Source: Octopus sinensis (taxonomy: Eukaryota). Taken from it: DNA of 64,000 bases. The stretch spans positions 10,912,001-10,976,000 of the forward strand of contig NC_042997.1 of assembly GCF_006345805.1 (NCBI RefSeq), written 5' to 3'. The notes under the pieces were generated by a model, which saw only the letters and a list, made by a program, of their open reading frames with translations, was not told the DNA's origin and did no database searches. Below are positions 50,601-63,362 of this stretch, piece by piece (position 1 is the first letter of the stretch; the number at the start of each line of letters is the position of its first letter). The position numbers and the translations under genes are program-made.

Positions 50601-53600
50601 TTTTAACACAACGAAATATGTTATCCCTAAAGTAATGCCATTTCAACAACAAAATAATAACTAAAAGAAATAGCTGATTCAGAATGAAACTCATAAGATA
50701 TAATGGGAAGAAAAATTCATTTTATAGTAGTAACATGTTTAGCCTCAAAATCGAACAAACTATGATCAAAATCATTTTAGCAATGACCATCCTGTCTTCT
50801 ATTTATTATTATTATATATTTTTTTCAAAAATATATCGCAGAACATATTCATTATGCATTTTCTTTATTGACACAGTAAGGTGTCTGAGATAAATTTCTT
50901 GCATTTCGAACAATTTCATAGGTGCTCTCTCATTGGCTTGAATTCATGAGCGAAAATAGCGCCTTTTATACACACACACACACACACACAACTATAATTT
51001 AGGTAAATTCTTAGTTACCATTTCTCGTGAAACGGGTGTAACAGAAAAAAATATTATGTTATATTCCTGCATTTAAATACTTTCCTGGGGTTTAATTAAC
51101 TGCAGATCTAACTCCCTCCCTCACATGTTAGATCATGCAGATTTTTGCCAAACATTGTTCTTTATCATCTTTTGTTTCCTCTTATGAGTTTTGCTAAGTA
51201 TATTTCATATTATTTATCTCCCCTGCTTGCTGTTTTTAGATTTTAAACACGTCGTGCATGGATAATCAATTGATCGAAGCTTTTCAACTTGCTATACACA
51301 GGGTGTTTGGACTAAATTTGACGATTTTTTAATGTCTTCTTTTTCAGGAACAGCTTTATGTATTGGTGAACAATCAATGGCATTGGGGAGTATAAAGATT
51401 AAAATTGGAGTTTTAGAAAAAGTTAGCTGACTGGAAGCTATCTGAACATTGGATAAGAGCTACCTGTATCATTATTATTTCACGCCAGGTATCAAAATGC
51501 TGACATAAGGGTTTCTGCTCTGTGAACAATGTAAAGGCTGTAATATGTGACATGGATAGCTGCAACAAAGTCTATGAAGCCGTGGCCAGCAAGAAGGAAT
51601 GCAGCAGGTTTTCTGACTCATTATGCCACCCCACATCTTTGAATAGGGCCTTAGACTCATTTTAGACAGTTATGTGAAGCTGTTGGAGACTATGGTCAAA
51701 CTCTGTTTGGAGAGGGTTTTTCCTGGAAGATGAGATGTGTAGCAGCAGGATTTGGCTCCCTACCATACCACCAGAGTCAGAAGTGGTTGTTGGAGAATTT
51801 CTATGACTTTACCAGTTCCAGTTTCTGGCTGCCTAATTCCCCCGATTGTAATCCCATGGATTAACTGTGTGAGGTGCTGTTGAGAAAGGCACCAATCACT
51901 CTACCTGCAACCCCAAGGTCAAGGTGGTGTTCGAAGATCTTCCCAGGGGCTGAGTGAGAAACACATGTACCAGGTTACAGAGCGATATTGAGGCCATGGT
52001 GGAAGCTGAAGGTAGTTAATTTAAGTGAACTGTTATTCCCCAGACATAATATAGTTGATATTTTAAAATTATTTAAAATATATTTATTTTTGTATGGTAT
52101 ATTGCGTTTTCTTTTCATTTTATGCAACCTGTCAAATTAGCCTGAACACCCAGTAACATTAATACAATTGTATTTAGTATGTAAAACATGATTCCCTGGG
52201 TTATTTTCCTTCAGCTTTTCTATTGTATTCACTACTCCACTCATTACTTTATGAATATTGCCATACTACATAAACCTCCCGTTCTCACTAACTGCCACCC
52301 AATATATCTTTTTTAACCTAATCGTGATCATTGCCAGTGCCATGCAAATGGTACCCATGAATCGTTGTGGTTACTGCCAGTGCTGTGTAACTGACACCCA
52401 TGCATCTTAGTTGTGGTCGTTGGTGATGCCATGTAAAAAGCACCACCTGTAAATCATCATGGTTGTTGTCAGTGTCATGTAAATGACACCCATGTCAGTG
52501 GCACATAAAAGCACCATTCCTGGAGTGGTTGGCATTAGGAAGGGCATCCAGCTGTAGGAACCATGCCAAATCAGATTGGAACCTGGTGCAGCTCTCCAGC
52601 TCATCAGTTCCAGTCAAACCATCTAACCTATACCAGCATGGACAGCAAACGTTAAATAATGATGCTGGAGCTAACCAATCTCAACACTATAGTCACTCCT
52701 TAATCTAATATACTAAGTAGAGGTAAGAAGTCTTTTAGTAACCCTCAGATGGGAGGGTCAGAATGGTTACAACAGAATAAACTCTGCTAAAGGCTTTTAA
52801 GAGCCAAGCAGTGGTATTATACTGGTAAAATATTTAGTGTACCACCCTATAAAACAAATATTGTCTATCTGACAAGCTTTGACACAGTTCTATCTACCAA
52901 ATTTCTAAAACAACATTAACTTCAGACACAATTCCAGTGAGGTCATTTGTATGTTCACCTACTTAAAGTTACATGAAGATCTTCATACTCAATATGACTA
53001 TAAACATAGGCAAAATCTCATTTAACTATGCTAAAGGAAAACAAAGAATTAATCATTTATACCTGCAACCTATACTAACAAAACACAGTTAGAGAATATG
53101 AGTGGCTCAATATTAATTTGTTAATTGACTTTCTAGTTGTTTATTCAGCCAACTTTGTGTGTGTGTTTCAAGTACATCTGGACATAAAAGGACATAAGTT
53201 GGCCATGGACTTAATATAACAAGGACTGGTGAATCTCACAAGAGTTTGCGCTCTTTATTATAGGAATCAGCAAACTAATTATTTACTGATGACTGCCGAA
53301 CAGATAATGATAACCTACTCTACTGAATAGGATAACGTTAAATGAAGAGACACTCAACAAGATTGAAACACAAAGGTGTCTCAAAATCCCCATACACTGG
53401 TGAACTGCATATTTTACAAACACACATTGTCTAAAGAGAGGTGTTCTCTGATGATGGAAATCAACAGCAATCAGATATCCATGTTTAAGTCTGCCAAAAT
53501 ATATTAAGAATGAATAATAAGAACATTTAGCTAAAATGAGATAGATAGTATTGGAGTAAGTATTCATGGACACATTGAAAAGGATGTTAATTACTAACAA

Positions 53601-54008
53601 TTTGGCTTTTTTCTTCTATATTTTGCAGAAATACCTACTATTGACAGAGCTTATATTGTAAGTGAAAAAAGCTTATCACTGATAGCAAAACACATTAAAA
53701 GCGGTTTGACTGTAATTCGCTTAGGAATGATGTTAAATATTCCCAACACAGTTATTTTACGTTATCTGATGAGTATATGTGGAAAGTATGGTTTAAGAGA
53801 TGCAACTGAAAAAGAAGTTCATCAATTGGGAAAAAACTTACTTATTTATTGGCTCCGTATGAAAGAACACAGCAAACATAAAGAGAAAGCATCTCTTCTT
53901 ACAACAGCACTGGTTGAATGCAGCCTTGAAGGAATTGCAAATATTGTCTTAGAGAACTACAATAACCAAACAGAAATAACTGATGACCAGTTTTTAAGGT
54001 ATCAATAA
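43808..54008 (+). CDS. Small death-domain-fold protein, 133 aa, two coding exons (43808-43829, 53629-54008)
   Basis: ATG exon MSDAPPG with GAG|GTAAGT donor (phase 1) joins in frame to a TTTTGCAG acceptor exon. The product has a death-domain helical pattern: SEKSLSLIAKHI..RLGMMLNIP..I..LLIYW..LTTALVECSLEGIANIV. Confidence 0.75.
44690..44925 (-). mobile_element. tRNA-derived SINE of a second family
   Basis: Minus strand TGGCCTAGTAGTTAGAGC..GGGTTCGAATTTC A/B boxes. Confidence 0.7.
46232..46582 (+). mobile_element. tRNA-derived SINE with a stuttered head (GGCTGTGT)x3
   Basis: Same family as 41000. Confidence 0.88.
46906..47119. mobile_element. Palindromic mariner-derived MITE
   Basis: TIR-like TAAATTCGTTCGGTTTT / AAAAGCGAACGAATTTA; internal inverted AATATTCTCCTTCATTGTTC / GAACAATGAAGGAGAATATT. 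Confidence 0.7.
47575..47950 (-). mobile_element. Dimeric Nin/Deu-type SINE
   Basis: Two tandem GAAAGGATGAAAGGCAAAGTCGACCTCGGCGGAATTTGAACTC units. Confidence 0.85.
48041..48537 (+). mobile_element. Solo non-autonomous Helitron
   Basis: A|TC...hairpin..CTAG|T; nearly identical to 34964-35466. Confidence 0.9.
48557..49087. mobile_element. Merlin-like MITE of a second family, followed by a partial related copy at about 49110-49395
   Basis: Termini GGCAAGACTTCCG / CGGAAATCTTTCC; 8-bp TSD GATAATTT; internal TTAGGG-like tract at 48920-48953. Confidence 0.8.
51299..52153 (+). mobile_element. Decayed Tc1/mariner (DD37D/maT-like) transposon
   Basis: TIRs CAGGGTGTTTGGACTAAATTTGAC / GTCAAATTAGCCTGAACACCCAG; remnants QQDLAPYHT and WLPNSPDCNPMD. 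Confidence 0.82.
52325..52665 (+). mobile_element. RTE 3'-end repeat (old)
   Basis: Core motif with decayed tandem units. Confidence 0.7.
53629..54008 (+). CDS. Main coding exon of the death-domain-like gene
   Basis: Strong acceptor, 380-nt open frame in non-repetitive DNA, stop TAA overlapping AATAAA at 54004-54009. Confidence 0.85.
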
Positions 54009-54424
54009 ATATTCAGTGTTCACTTACAATAGTAGATTGCTTTTAATTATTTTACAGTTCTTAAAAATTAAGCCATTTTGGTTTGTAATTTTCCATTCTT
54101 TTATATTCTGTAAATATAAAAATTTTAACATTCTAATAATTGGTCACCCTTCATTCACTATGCTACAATACCATATAGTTTATGATACTTGGGGTAATTA
54201 TGCACCCAGTTGACCCAGTCTGTTTCTCTCCTGTATAGCACTTATGAAAGCATTTATTTTGTTGCACTCAGAGGAAGTAAAAATGGCAAGTCAAGCTGTT
54301 GTAAACAGAGTCTACTGAGACAGTTACTATAAGGTATTTTTGTTCAATATAATTTTCATTGCCTAGGGTGAAAAGGTTTATATCAGTCTGTGAAAATTCA
54401 CTTGGATCTGAAAAGTCCTTTCTA

Positions 54425-54812
54425 CTACAGACATAAGGCCTGAAATTTGATGGGAGAGAGTTAGTAGTCGATTACAACAACCACAGTGCTTTTCACTAGT
54501 ACTTATTTTATCAACCATGAATGGGTGAAAAGCAAAGTCAACCTTTACAGAATTTGAACTCAGAAAATAAAGATGGATAAAATACCCATAAGAATTTTGT
54601 TCAATTCTTTTTTACTCTAGGCACAAGGCCCGAAAATTTTGGGGAGGGGAGCCAGTCGCCTAGATCAGCCACAGTACACAACTGGTACTTAATTTATCGA
54701 CCCCAAAAGGATGACAGGCAAAGTCAACCTTGGCAGAATTTGAACTCAGACAGACAAAATACTGCTAAGCATTTTACCCGGCATGCTAACAATTTTGCCA
54801 GCTCACTGCCTT
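54425..54812 (-). mobile_element. Two tandem Nin/Deu-type SINE fragments
   Basis: GGCAAAGTCAACC..AGAATTTGAACTCAGA motif twice. Confidence 0.75.
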
Positions 54813-55559
54813 AAAGTGATTGTAAAATGAAATGGCATAGAAGTTGAAAGCCAATGAGTAATATGTTGTTTAGCTTTAGATTGGTCCTGATCAAGCAGAT
54901 CTTTGATTAAAGACATTCTAGCTGTGACCAGCCCATCTTTACTTTACATGCAGGGAACCTAGGACCACATTATCAATAATTCCCTTTTGTAAGCTAGTAG
55001 GCTGTTATTTAAAAGAGATTTTACAGCTGTTTCTGATAGGACAAGTGAACACAGACATTCCTTCATTGGCTTGAGATGCAGTGTTGAAATATTTAAGAAG
55101 AGAATTTAACAGCAATAGTACCTGGAATGAAGAATTTTGTGAAATGTTTAGTTTAAGAATTAAGAAATATTGAGAGACAGTAAAACAGATATAATGAATA
55201 GGTTAGATTGGAGAATGGATGAAGCAAGACCTAAAGTGAATATGTAATGGGAATTCTTTCTATTTTGTTGATAATTAGATTTAGGTTATTTGAAATAGAA
55301 TCAAATTCTGACAACAGGAAAAGAATTTGCCATTTTATAAATTACTAACATTTCAGTTTAAGTGTAATATGCCTTAAGGGGTCAGAAATACATATGTTAA
55401 TTACATTAATCACATATACACAACATACATACACACACACATATTTGTAAATAAGGGAAACATGTAGGTCTATGTAAAGCTGTATATATATATATATATA
55501 TATAAAAAAAGAATTAAAGGTAATGTTATACAACTTCGTTAAAATCCTTATTACTATTA

Positions 55560-55827
55560 TCTATATATATAAAGATGAGAATGTGTGTGTGTTTGAATAG
55601 GTTCTATAAGATTTGGATTTTGGAATCTGGGCATAAAGATGAGTAGTATGGGATAAATGTGTCATGGTTAGGATTTTAATTTAGGGTGTGTAAAGAGAGA
55701 AAGAACCCTCATTAAAATTCTTCATCTGCAATTTTGATGAAATTCGAATCATAAGTATTCCAGTTCATTAAAGAAAATATAAAAGAAAAGTCTATGTGAC
55801 ATGAGCAACGCCAGGTATCTCTGCTAG
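55560..55827 (+). mobile_element. Diverged non-autonomous Helitron
   Basis: A|TCTATATATATAAA start; GAGCAACGCCAGG..CTGCTAG|T end. Confidence 0.7.
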
Positions 55828-55859
55828 TTGTTTATATAACTTTGAGATTCAGTCTCAAC

Positions 55860-56530
55860 TCATGGCTTGCCACTTCATCCTATGTGGATATCCCCTCACC
55901 ATTATCCACACTGCCCTTGCCCAAGCACGATCTGCTCTTTCTCCTCACATCCACCCCACTCTTACCCGTTTCCTTTCACCTACCATCCCTCCAGTACACC
56001 ATTCTCTGAACTTTCCAGTGATTCCAGTCTGAGCTCTCCACCTTGTACATCTTCCTTAACCTACACTTTCCCTCCAAACAAGCCCATAACCTGCATGACC
56101 TGGTCCGCAGTTTCTTCCTACCCCTGCCTCTCAGCCTGACTCCTTCCCCATGCTGTCACACCTGCCCCTACCTCTCCAACACCACCATCCTCACTGGCAC
56201 TTATCACGTCACTGACTTCTTTACCTGCACCTCTAGTAATGTTATTTACTGCATCTCCTGCTCTCTGTCCTTCCCTGTACATTGGTCAAACAGGATGCTG
56301 CTTGGCTGACTGGTTCACGGAACACTTCCGGGACATCAGATTCGGCAATAATGCCCTGGTCTCATTCCACTTCCACTCTACCAGTCATTCACTACAACAT
56401 CTGTCTGTGTTTGGACTGTATCTGGAGAGACGCCACCCAGACTGCCACCTTTGCTGTGAACAAGAATTAATCTTCCCTCTTAATTCCTTTGTGCCATATG
56501 GGTTCAACTTACTACTTTCTCTTTATCTGA
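55860..56530 (+). mobile_element. Penelope-like element 3' fragment (GIY-YIG)
   Basis: FTCTSSNVIYCISCSL / LYIGQTG..LADWFTEH..HFHSTSHS..EQELIF.L...PYGFN; followed by a CA-rich tract. Confidence 0.88.
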
Positions 56531-56974
56531 CACCAACCCCACGGATTCCCACACACCCGCATACCGTCTGCCTCAGTACCCTCACCACACACATACCACT
56601 ATACAAACACCCATACACTGTTCAATTCATTACACACTTCACACTCCATTACACATACACCCACAAACACTAGCACCGAACACATCTCAGCACCCACACA
56701 CAATCTTCAATAGTATCACCTACCACTATACAAGCAGCCACACATTGTTTAACCTGGTACACACACAAGCACATAATACCTGAACACAGACAATATATCA
56801 CACACATGCAACACACCTAGACAAAGATAACTTTTTCCCACAAACATACACTATACACATGCACACTATTTGGCCAGACACACACACACATATACACTCA
56901 CACACACACACACTTGCCCACACATACATACTCACTTGTCCCCATCCACACATGCTTGCACACCTTAGTTTGTT

Positions 56975-57340
56975 GGGGAACCTGTCAGGCAGCACTGGCA
57001 ACAACCACGCTCAAATAGTGCTTTTAATGTGCCACTGGCATGGATGCCAATCAGGCAGTACTGTCATTGGCCACGACAATGATTTCACTTACCTCAACAG
57101 GTCTTCGCAAGCACAGTTTATTGCCCAATGATTGAAGGGTACTCTTAAATGGGCTGGTTATGCTGCACTGACATAGGCCACGGTTATGGTCTCACTTGAC
57201 TTGCCGGGTCTTCTCAAGCACAGTATATCTCCAAAGGTCTTGGTCACTTGTCATTGTCTCAGTGAGGCCCAATGTTCGAAGGCTGTGCTTCACCACCTCA
57301 TCCCAAGTCTTCCTGGGTCTACCGCTTCCACAGGTTCCCT
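56975..57340 (-). mobile_element. RTE fragment (end of ORF and 3' UTR)
   Basis: Homologous to 840-1180. Confidence 0.75.
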
Positions 57341-57478
57341 CATAGTGGATAACTCTCTAATAATTTATGTATAAATTTGTATTTTCTCCGTAGTTTTTTG
57401 TGCTAAGCCACTTGGTGTTAAATTAATGGTATTATTAAATTAATATCGATTTTTCACCCTCATTTATAATTTTATATT

Positions 57479-57510
<32 letters not shown>

Positions 57511-58189
57511 TTTATACATAATATGTATATATTTACACACACATTTAAACATGCATAATCTTAACAAATGAAAAACATCTTTATACTTTTAGCTTACACA
57601 ATTACATTTTGAAAATGATTAATATCTTCAAATTCATAAATTCTTTATTAGCAATTGAATTATTTACAGTATTTGCTCTTTAAATTCTAAACATAAATAT
57701 AAAAATATCTTTGGTCACAGAATTCAGAATACATGTACATCATATAAATATATATATTATATAAATTCATTTTCTCATCAAAGGTAGAGGGTAACTTTAC
57801 AAGATATCTGAGAACTAAATGAAAGTTCACTTTGGAAACAAACATATCTACAGAATTGTTTTCTTTGTGTATTCATGCTTTAAGGATAAATCTTTTAAAA
57901 TGGCACACAAGAAAGGGAATATTTGACTACTGAAGAAATAAAAACCCATTAAGAATTTGGGATTTCAGATTTTCACGTTATTGTTTCTAATTCTCTATTA
58001 CACTCTAATCTTTCATCATCTGACACCAGATCACCTCCTCCAATGCCCCCTCTGTTGTGGCAAGATACCTGTTTCTACCTCTCTGTTTCTGTCACACTCT
58101 GACCTTTCATCCTCTGACACAAGTTCCCTTCAAATGCCCCTGCCCCTCTCAAAATTCCTTGTCTTGCAAGTTACTTGGTGATCCTGCTA

Positions 58190-58456
58190 GTGTTGATGCC
58201 ACATAAAAAGCATATAGTCCACATTGTAAAATGGTATTTGGAAGGGCATCCAGCTGTAGAAATCCTGCCAAAATTAACCTCATCTGTGTTAGAGCTACGT
58301 AAAAAGCACTGAGTCCACTCTGCAGAGCAGTTGGTGTTAGGAAGGGCATCCAGCCATAAAAACCCTGCCGAAACAGACACAGTAGCCTGGGTTAGTCTTC
58401 TACCTGTCAATTATTCTATCCATGTATGCATGGAAAACAGACATATGATGATGATG
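58190..58456 (+). mobile_element. RTE 3'-end repeat (old)
   Basis: GGAAGGGCATCCAGC twice; ATG tail. Confidence 0.7.
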
Positions 58457-60916
58457 TTTCTATGAGTTATAGTTTTGTGATTTGAATGAGTAAATAGGTT
58501 ACATGATTTGTAGTTTCCACAAAAAGATATGAAAGTAGTTTGATCCAAAGAGACAAGTGTAGAGAAGTGTTTTGTAAATAAAAACTATCATTAAATCTAA
58601 ATCAACTGAGAGTAATGATTTTCATTTTAAATTATGTCAAATATTAGGAGGAACAGGCCCATTGACAGGACTCAAACCATATACCTTTTGTTTGCCTGTT
58701 GAGTGCATTCCTGATTATACAACAGTGCCTGTTATTATTGTAGCAATGATATATATATATATATGACAGAAGCAGTGAGCAAAGGTTAGGGAAAGTCAGT
58801 AAGAGGTTAACTGAATTCATCAAAGAAACCAGTAACAGGCAGAAATTATCATCAGACCAGAGTATATTTTCTTTGAAAAGGAACCAATGTTTTCTTGAAG
58901 CCAGCTTGATCATATTGAATAATAGCATTAAAACCAGAATTTGAGAAAAGTGATGGTCTGCATTGGCAACAGTTGATACACAAAGGAGTCTGATAAGCTC
59001 AGCTGCCATAAGGAGTGAAGATTCTAATACACAGGCCCTTGCCCTTTTTCTATGAAGCAACAGGCAAGGAAAAAGTGTTTGCTGCTCACAGTAACTGAGC
59101 TGATCAAACTCACATATTGAATTATGCATGATATTCTAAAAATCATTACAGAATACTTTCAACCTCTGTAAAGTAATTCAATTGAAAATGGTAGTATTTT
59201 GTAGTCTTAACACATAAGCTGATTCTTATACCAGTATATAATGTATGTTAGTTTAATGGAAGACATTTGAATTTGATGATAAAAATAATAGTCAAAATAG
59301 TTGATTAATCAATCAATAAGATTACTATAAAACAAAAACAATACCTATGTATTTACCAAATGAGGTAAACAAACTTAACTCCTATGATCTAGCAGACAAC
59401 AAAGAATCCATTTGTAGCTAAAGGTTTCCTTAAAGGTCTTTTCAAACCATATTCTTAAGTCTAAATTATTGGTCGCCAGTATTAACATTATTTCTGATTA
59501 ATACAATATTGACAAAGGTAAATAGTAAACTAAACCAAGAAATACAGCTCTCCATGTTTAATGTCTGATATACCTCTTTTATCTAAACACTGTTGCATAT
59601 TGAGTCAGCAACACCACAGTGTCAAAAGCTCATGAAAATAAAATTAAGTATATGGTGTATGCAGTGGAAATGAAAGATGAATAATGAAAGACAAAGTTTA
59701 CTGGTTCATAGAATAAGATTATTTCAATATGATCTAATGGATATAGAATTTAAAACCCATAATCAGATCACACGGTAGAAAGCAGCTCACAACTAGAAAC
59801 ATTGGATTCACTAGAGCAAACAGTGTATGATGTAGCTTTGACATACAGATAATGTTTGATGGTAACTAAAGAAGAAGGCTTCAATACACATAATATCACC
59901 AACAGAAGTATAGAGAACTGAAGAAATATGATGATACAAATCTATCTAATCCATGCCAGCATGGAAAAAATAAAGATGTAATTGTATGATGTTTATTAGA
60001 ATTGAAAATTTGTAGAATACATGTGTGGTTTTTCTCTTTTGTGCAAACAAAATACTATTCAGACATTTTCCCCTTCAACATTGCACAAGGGAGAGTCTCC
60101 ATAGAAGTGTGTGGTGAAATAAGGAAACAATTTTTCACTGACTTAAAGAGAGAAGAGCTATAGATGACTATGTATTCATCAAAGGTTATTTGCCATATGA
60201 CATATCACATAGGTAGTGGGGTGTGATCATTTCATAATCATTATTGTGTGTCAGTGTGTACATATATGTATATGAGAGAGAACATAAATCACATATGCAT
60301 ATGTAATATTTATACACATGCAATTATACATGTTATTCCAGTGAAAAGGTTCTTCCCAAGCCATAGGCTCAAGGTTGGTTTCTCATATTCTGTAGCATAT
60401 ATATATCCCCCACTGGTCCATCACAGGATTACTCATTTTTGCCGGCTGTGTGAACTAGAGCAACATGTAATGAACTGTTTTGCTCAAGCTTCCTAGTCCT
60501 GGAATCAAAACCACAATCTTACAATCATGAGTACAACACCCTAACTACTAAGCCACACATTTCCATATTGAATGTCTTTCCTAATGCTGAATATTAATTA
60601 GGCTATATTTTGCCTATAATGCAACAGTTTTAAGATTTTGTTTCACTATTACAATTACACAGCCATTTTGAGATGGTGGACTGTTTGGACAAATTCAGAA
60701 ATATATTAATAAAGAAAGGATCTCAATTGACCCTTAAAACGAGTTATTCACTGTTGTTGTTAAACGTTGTCTCTAAACATTGGACATTTTACTTCTGATG
60801 ATGAAATAAACAACAGTTATGGGGTAATGCAATGGTGAAAGATGTTATTCATTACTGAGGAGGATAAAAAAAATACAAGAGTGAAGAACAATACAATACA
60901 AAAGATGTTTGGTCAG

Positions 60917-62533
60917 TTATAAAGTGAGGGTTAGATGTCTGGTGTCTGAGTCATTAACAGAAAAATCTTCCAAGTTGGCAGAGTTGTCTCGGTTTCTTTG
61001 CTGAAGATTCTTCATATAATTTATAGCATGCATATGTTCTTGCACTTCTTCTTCAAGCCAAACCTGTCAAGAAAAGTAAAAACAAGTATTTAATGAATAT
61101 TCTTATGTATTGTATATGCATGTTTTATTCTTTGTCACGGATAGGAGTTTAATAATATAGATTATTAAATTCTTCATGATTTGCATCTTGCAAACCGCTT
61201 TCAATTTTTAAATCTAGATTCATCATCATCATCATATTAATGCCCACTTTTCTGTGCTTGAATGGGTCAGACAGAATTTATTGAAGCAGATTTTTCATGG
61301 ACATATGCCCTTCCTGGCATCAACCTATACCTATTTCCAAGTAAGTTAATATTTCCTCATGGAGAGACAGGTTTTCACACAATATTAGAAATGAACGACA
61401 TTCATTTACAACAATCATGTAATGTCAAGACAAGGAGATGCAAATATATTCACACTCACAAACATTCCCAAAACCCTACACAACAAATTGAAACCCAAAA
61501 CCATGTGGTTAGGAAGCAAACTTCTTAACCAGACACCCATGTCTGTTGGCCTTTTTTTTTTCACTTACATTATTAACGTTTTGAGAAAAGCATGAATATC
61601 ACACAATCTCATTTATCTTAACAGTAACTTTAAACCCTTGTGACTAAGTAAGATGGCAATTTGGCTTATGTTCCAAGCTACTCACAATATTTGTTCTATT
61701 TTATTGCAAAAGTAAAAGTTAAAAAAACCTCAACAGCTTTACTGGAATATACTGATAAAAGCGTAATAAAAGTATATTTGGCATGGTTACATTCATAACA
61801 ATAATCACTGGTAACATTTCTAAAACAGACATGAGGTCATACGTAACCATAAATAATAGTAATGATCATGATGATGATTTCAAATTTTGGCACAAAGCCA
61901 GTAATTTAAGGACATGAGGTGAGTCAATTACATTGATCCTAGTGCTCAAGTGGTACTTATCAACTCTGAAAGGATGAAAGACAGTCAATCCCAGTGGTAG
62001 TGAAACTCAGAAATGCCACCAAGCATTTTCCTCAGCATGCTAACAATTCTGCTGGACCGCCATCTTTAATAATAATAATGATGATGATAATGGAGAGTGT
62101 CTGTCATCCCAGTAGTTATTTTCTCGATTTAGTGGCATGAGACAATAGGTGTGATTTTTTTCCACGTTTCACCGAGAAGGCTTATCAATGTTTTATCCAT
62201 TTGCATACTTGCCTTTTTCAATTAATTTTTTAATAAACTTTCCGTTATTTTTAAAGACTTTTCATTTTTCTAAAAAGGTCACAGTTTGAGAACGGACCTG
62301 AATGAAATCGGGTCAAAAACTAGTAATAATAATTATAATAATAATAATGAATTAAGTCAATATACAAAATAATACTGATATTTTACAAAGAAAGTATAGA
62401 AAGTAGGCAATTTATGAAAAAATTACTTTATATAATAAATGGAAATTCTTCATACCGTGACTTCATCTTGGTACATTTGCAGACTGAAATCTTCTCGGTT
62501 TTTATGCCGTTCACCTTGATAAATCACTTTGGT
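60917..62533 (-). CDS. Last two coding exons (62533-62456, 61063-60917) of an unidentified gene whose 5' part lies beyond the window
   Basis: Both exons have polypyrimidine plus AG acceptors; the first has a GTATGA donor; phase 0. Translation TKVIYQGERHKNREDFSLQMYQDEVT|VWLEEEVQEHMHAINYMKNLQQRNRDNSANLEDFSVNDSDTRHLTLTL*. Family not recognised. Confidence 0.75.
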
Positions 62534-62576
62534 CTAAGAAAAAAAAATAAAGTATCAAAATAGTAACAACCAATTG

Positions 62577-62577
<1 letters not shown>

Positions 62578-62619
<42 letters not shown>
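62578..62619. repeat. (TA)n microsatellite
   Basis: Perfect dinucleotide run; others at about 44575-44608, 36977-36998 and 57478-57500. Confidence 0.95.
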
Positions 62620-62623
<4 letters not shown>

Positions 62624-62973
62624 CACACTCACACATTTGCAGACACCTAAATCACACAGGAATATGATTGCAGAAATAAATAACAGACTAAACAACAAAA
62701 AGACACCAAAATAAATCATTTTCCCATTATTATTATTTTAACAAGTTATTTTCTATGCCAAAGCAAGCAATCAGTGCTAAGAATCAGCTTTTAATATTTT
62801 TATGTTTGATTTGATTTTATATTGGTAATGGTGAACCATAATATTATTGATTATAGATTAGCACTGACTGCATTTTTGAAGGCAAGAGTGACAAGAGAGT
62901 GTCTGAAAGACAGGGCAAAAGATTTTATTCTCACAAAGTACTTCATTCAAAGATCACCATGCTTTTACCAATA

Positions 62974-63362
62974 CTCTTTTACTTGTTTCGGTCATTTGAC
63001 TGTGGCCATGCTGGAGCACCGCCTTTAGTTGAGCAAATCGACCCCAGGACTTATTCTTTGGAAGCCTAGTACTTATTCTATCGGTCTCTTTTGCCGAACT
63101 GCTAAGTTACGGGGATGTAAACACACTAGCATCAGTTGTCAAGCGATGTTGGGGGGGACTAACACAGACACACACACACATATATATACATGTACATATA
63201 TATGACAGGCTTCTTTCAGTTTCCATCTACCAAATCTATTCGCAAGGCTTTGGTCAGCCCGAGGCTATAGTAGAAGACACTTGCCCAAGGTGGAACGCAG
63301 TGGGACTGAACCCAGAACCATGTGGGCGGTAAGCAAGCTACTTATCACACAGCCACTCCTGT
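62974..63362 (-). mobile_element. Full-length tRNA-derived SINE
   Basis: Reverse complement of the 41000/46232 family. Confidence 0.88.

Noticed and set aside
58644-59129. 161-aa minus-strand ORF
   Set aside because: No recognisable motif, runs through a TA repeat, and lies in the presumed 3' UTR.
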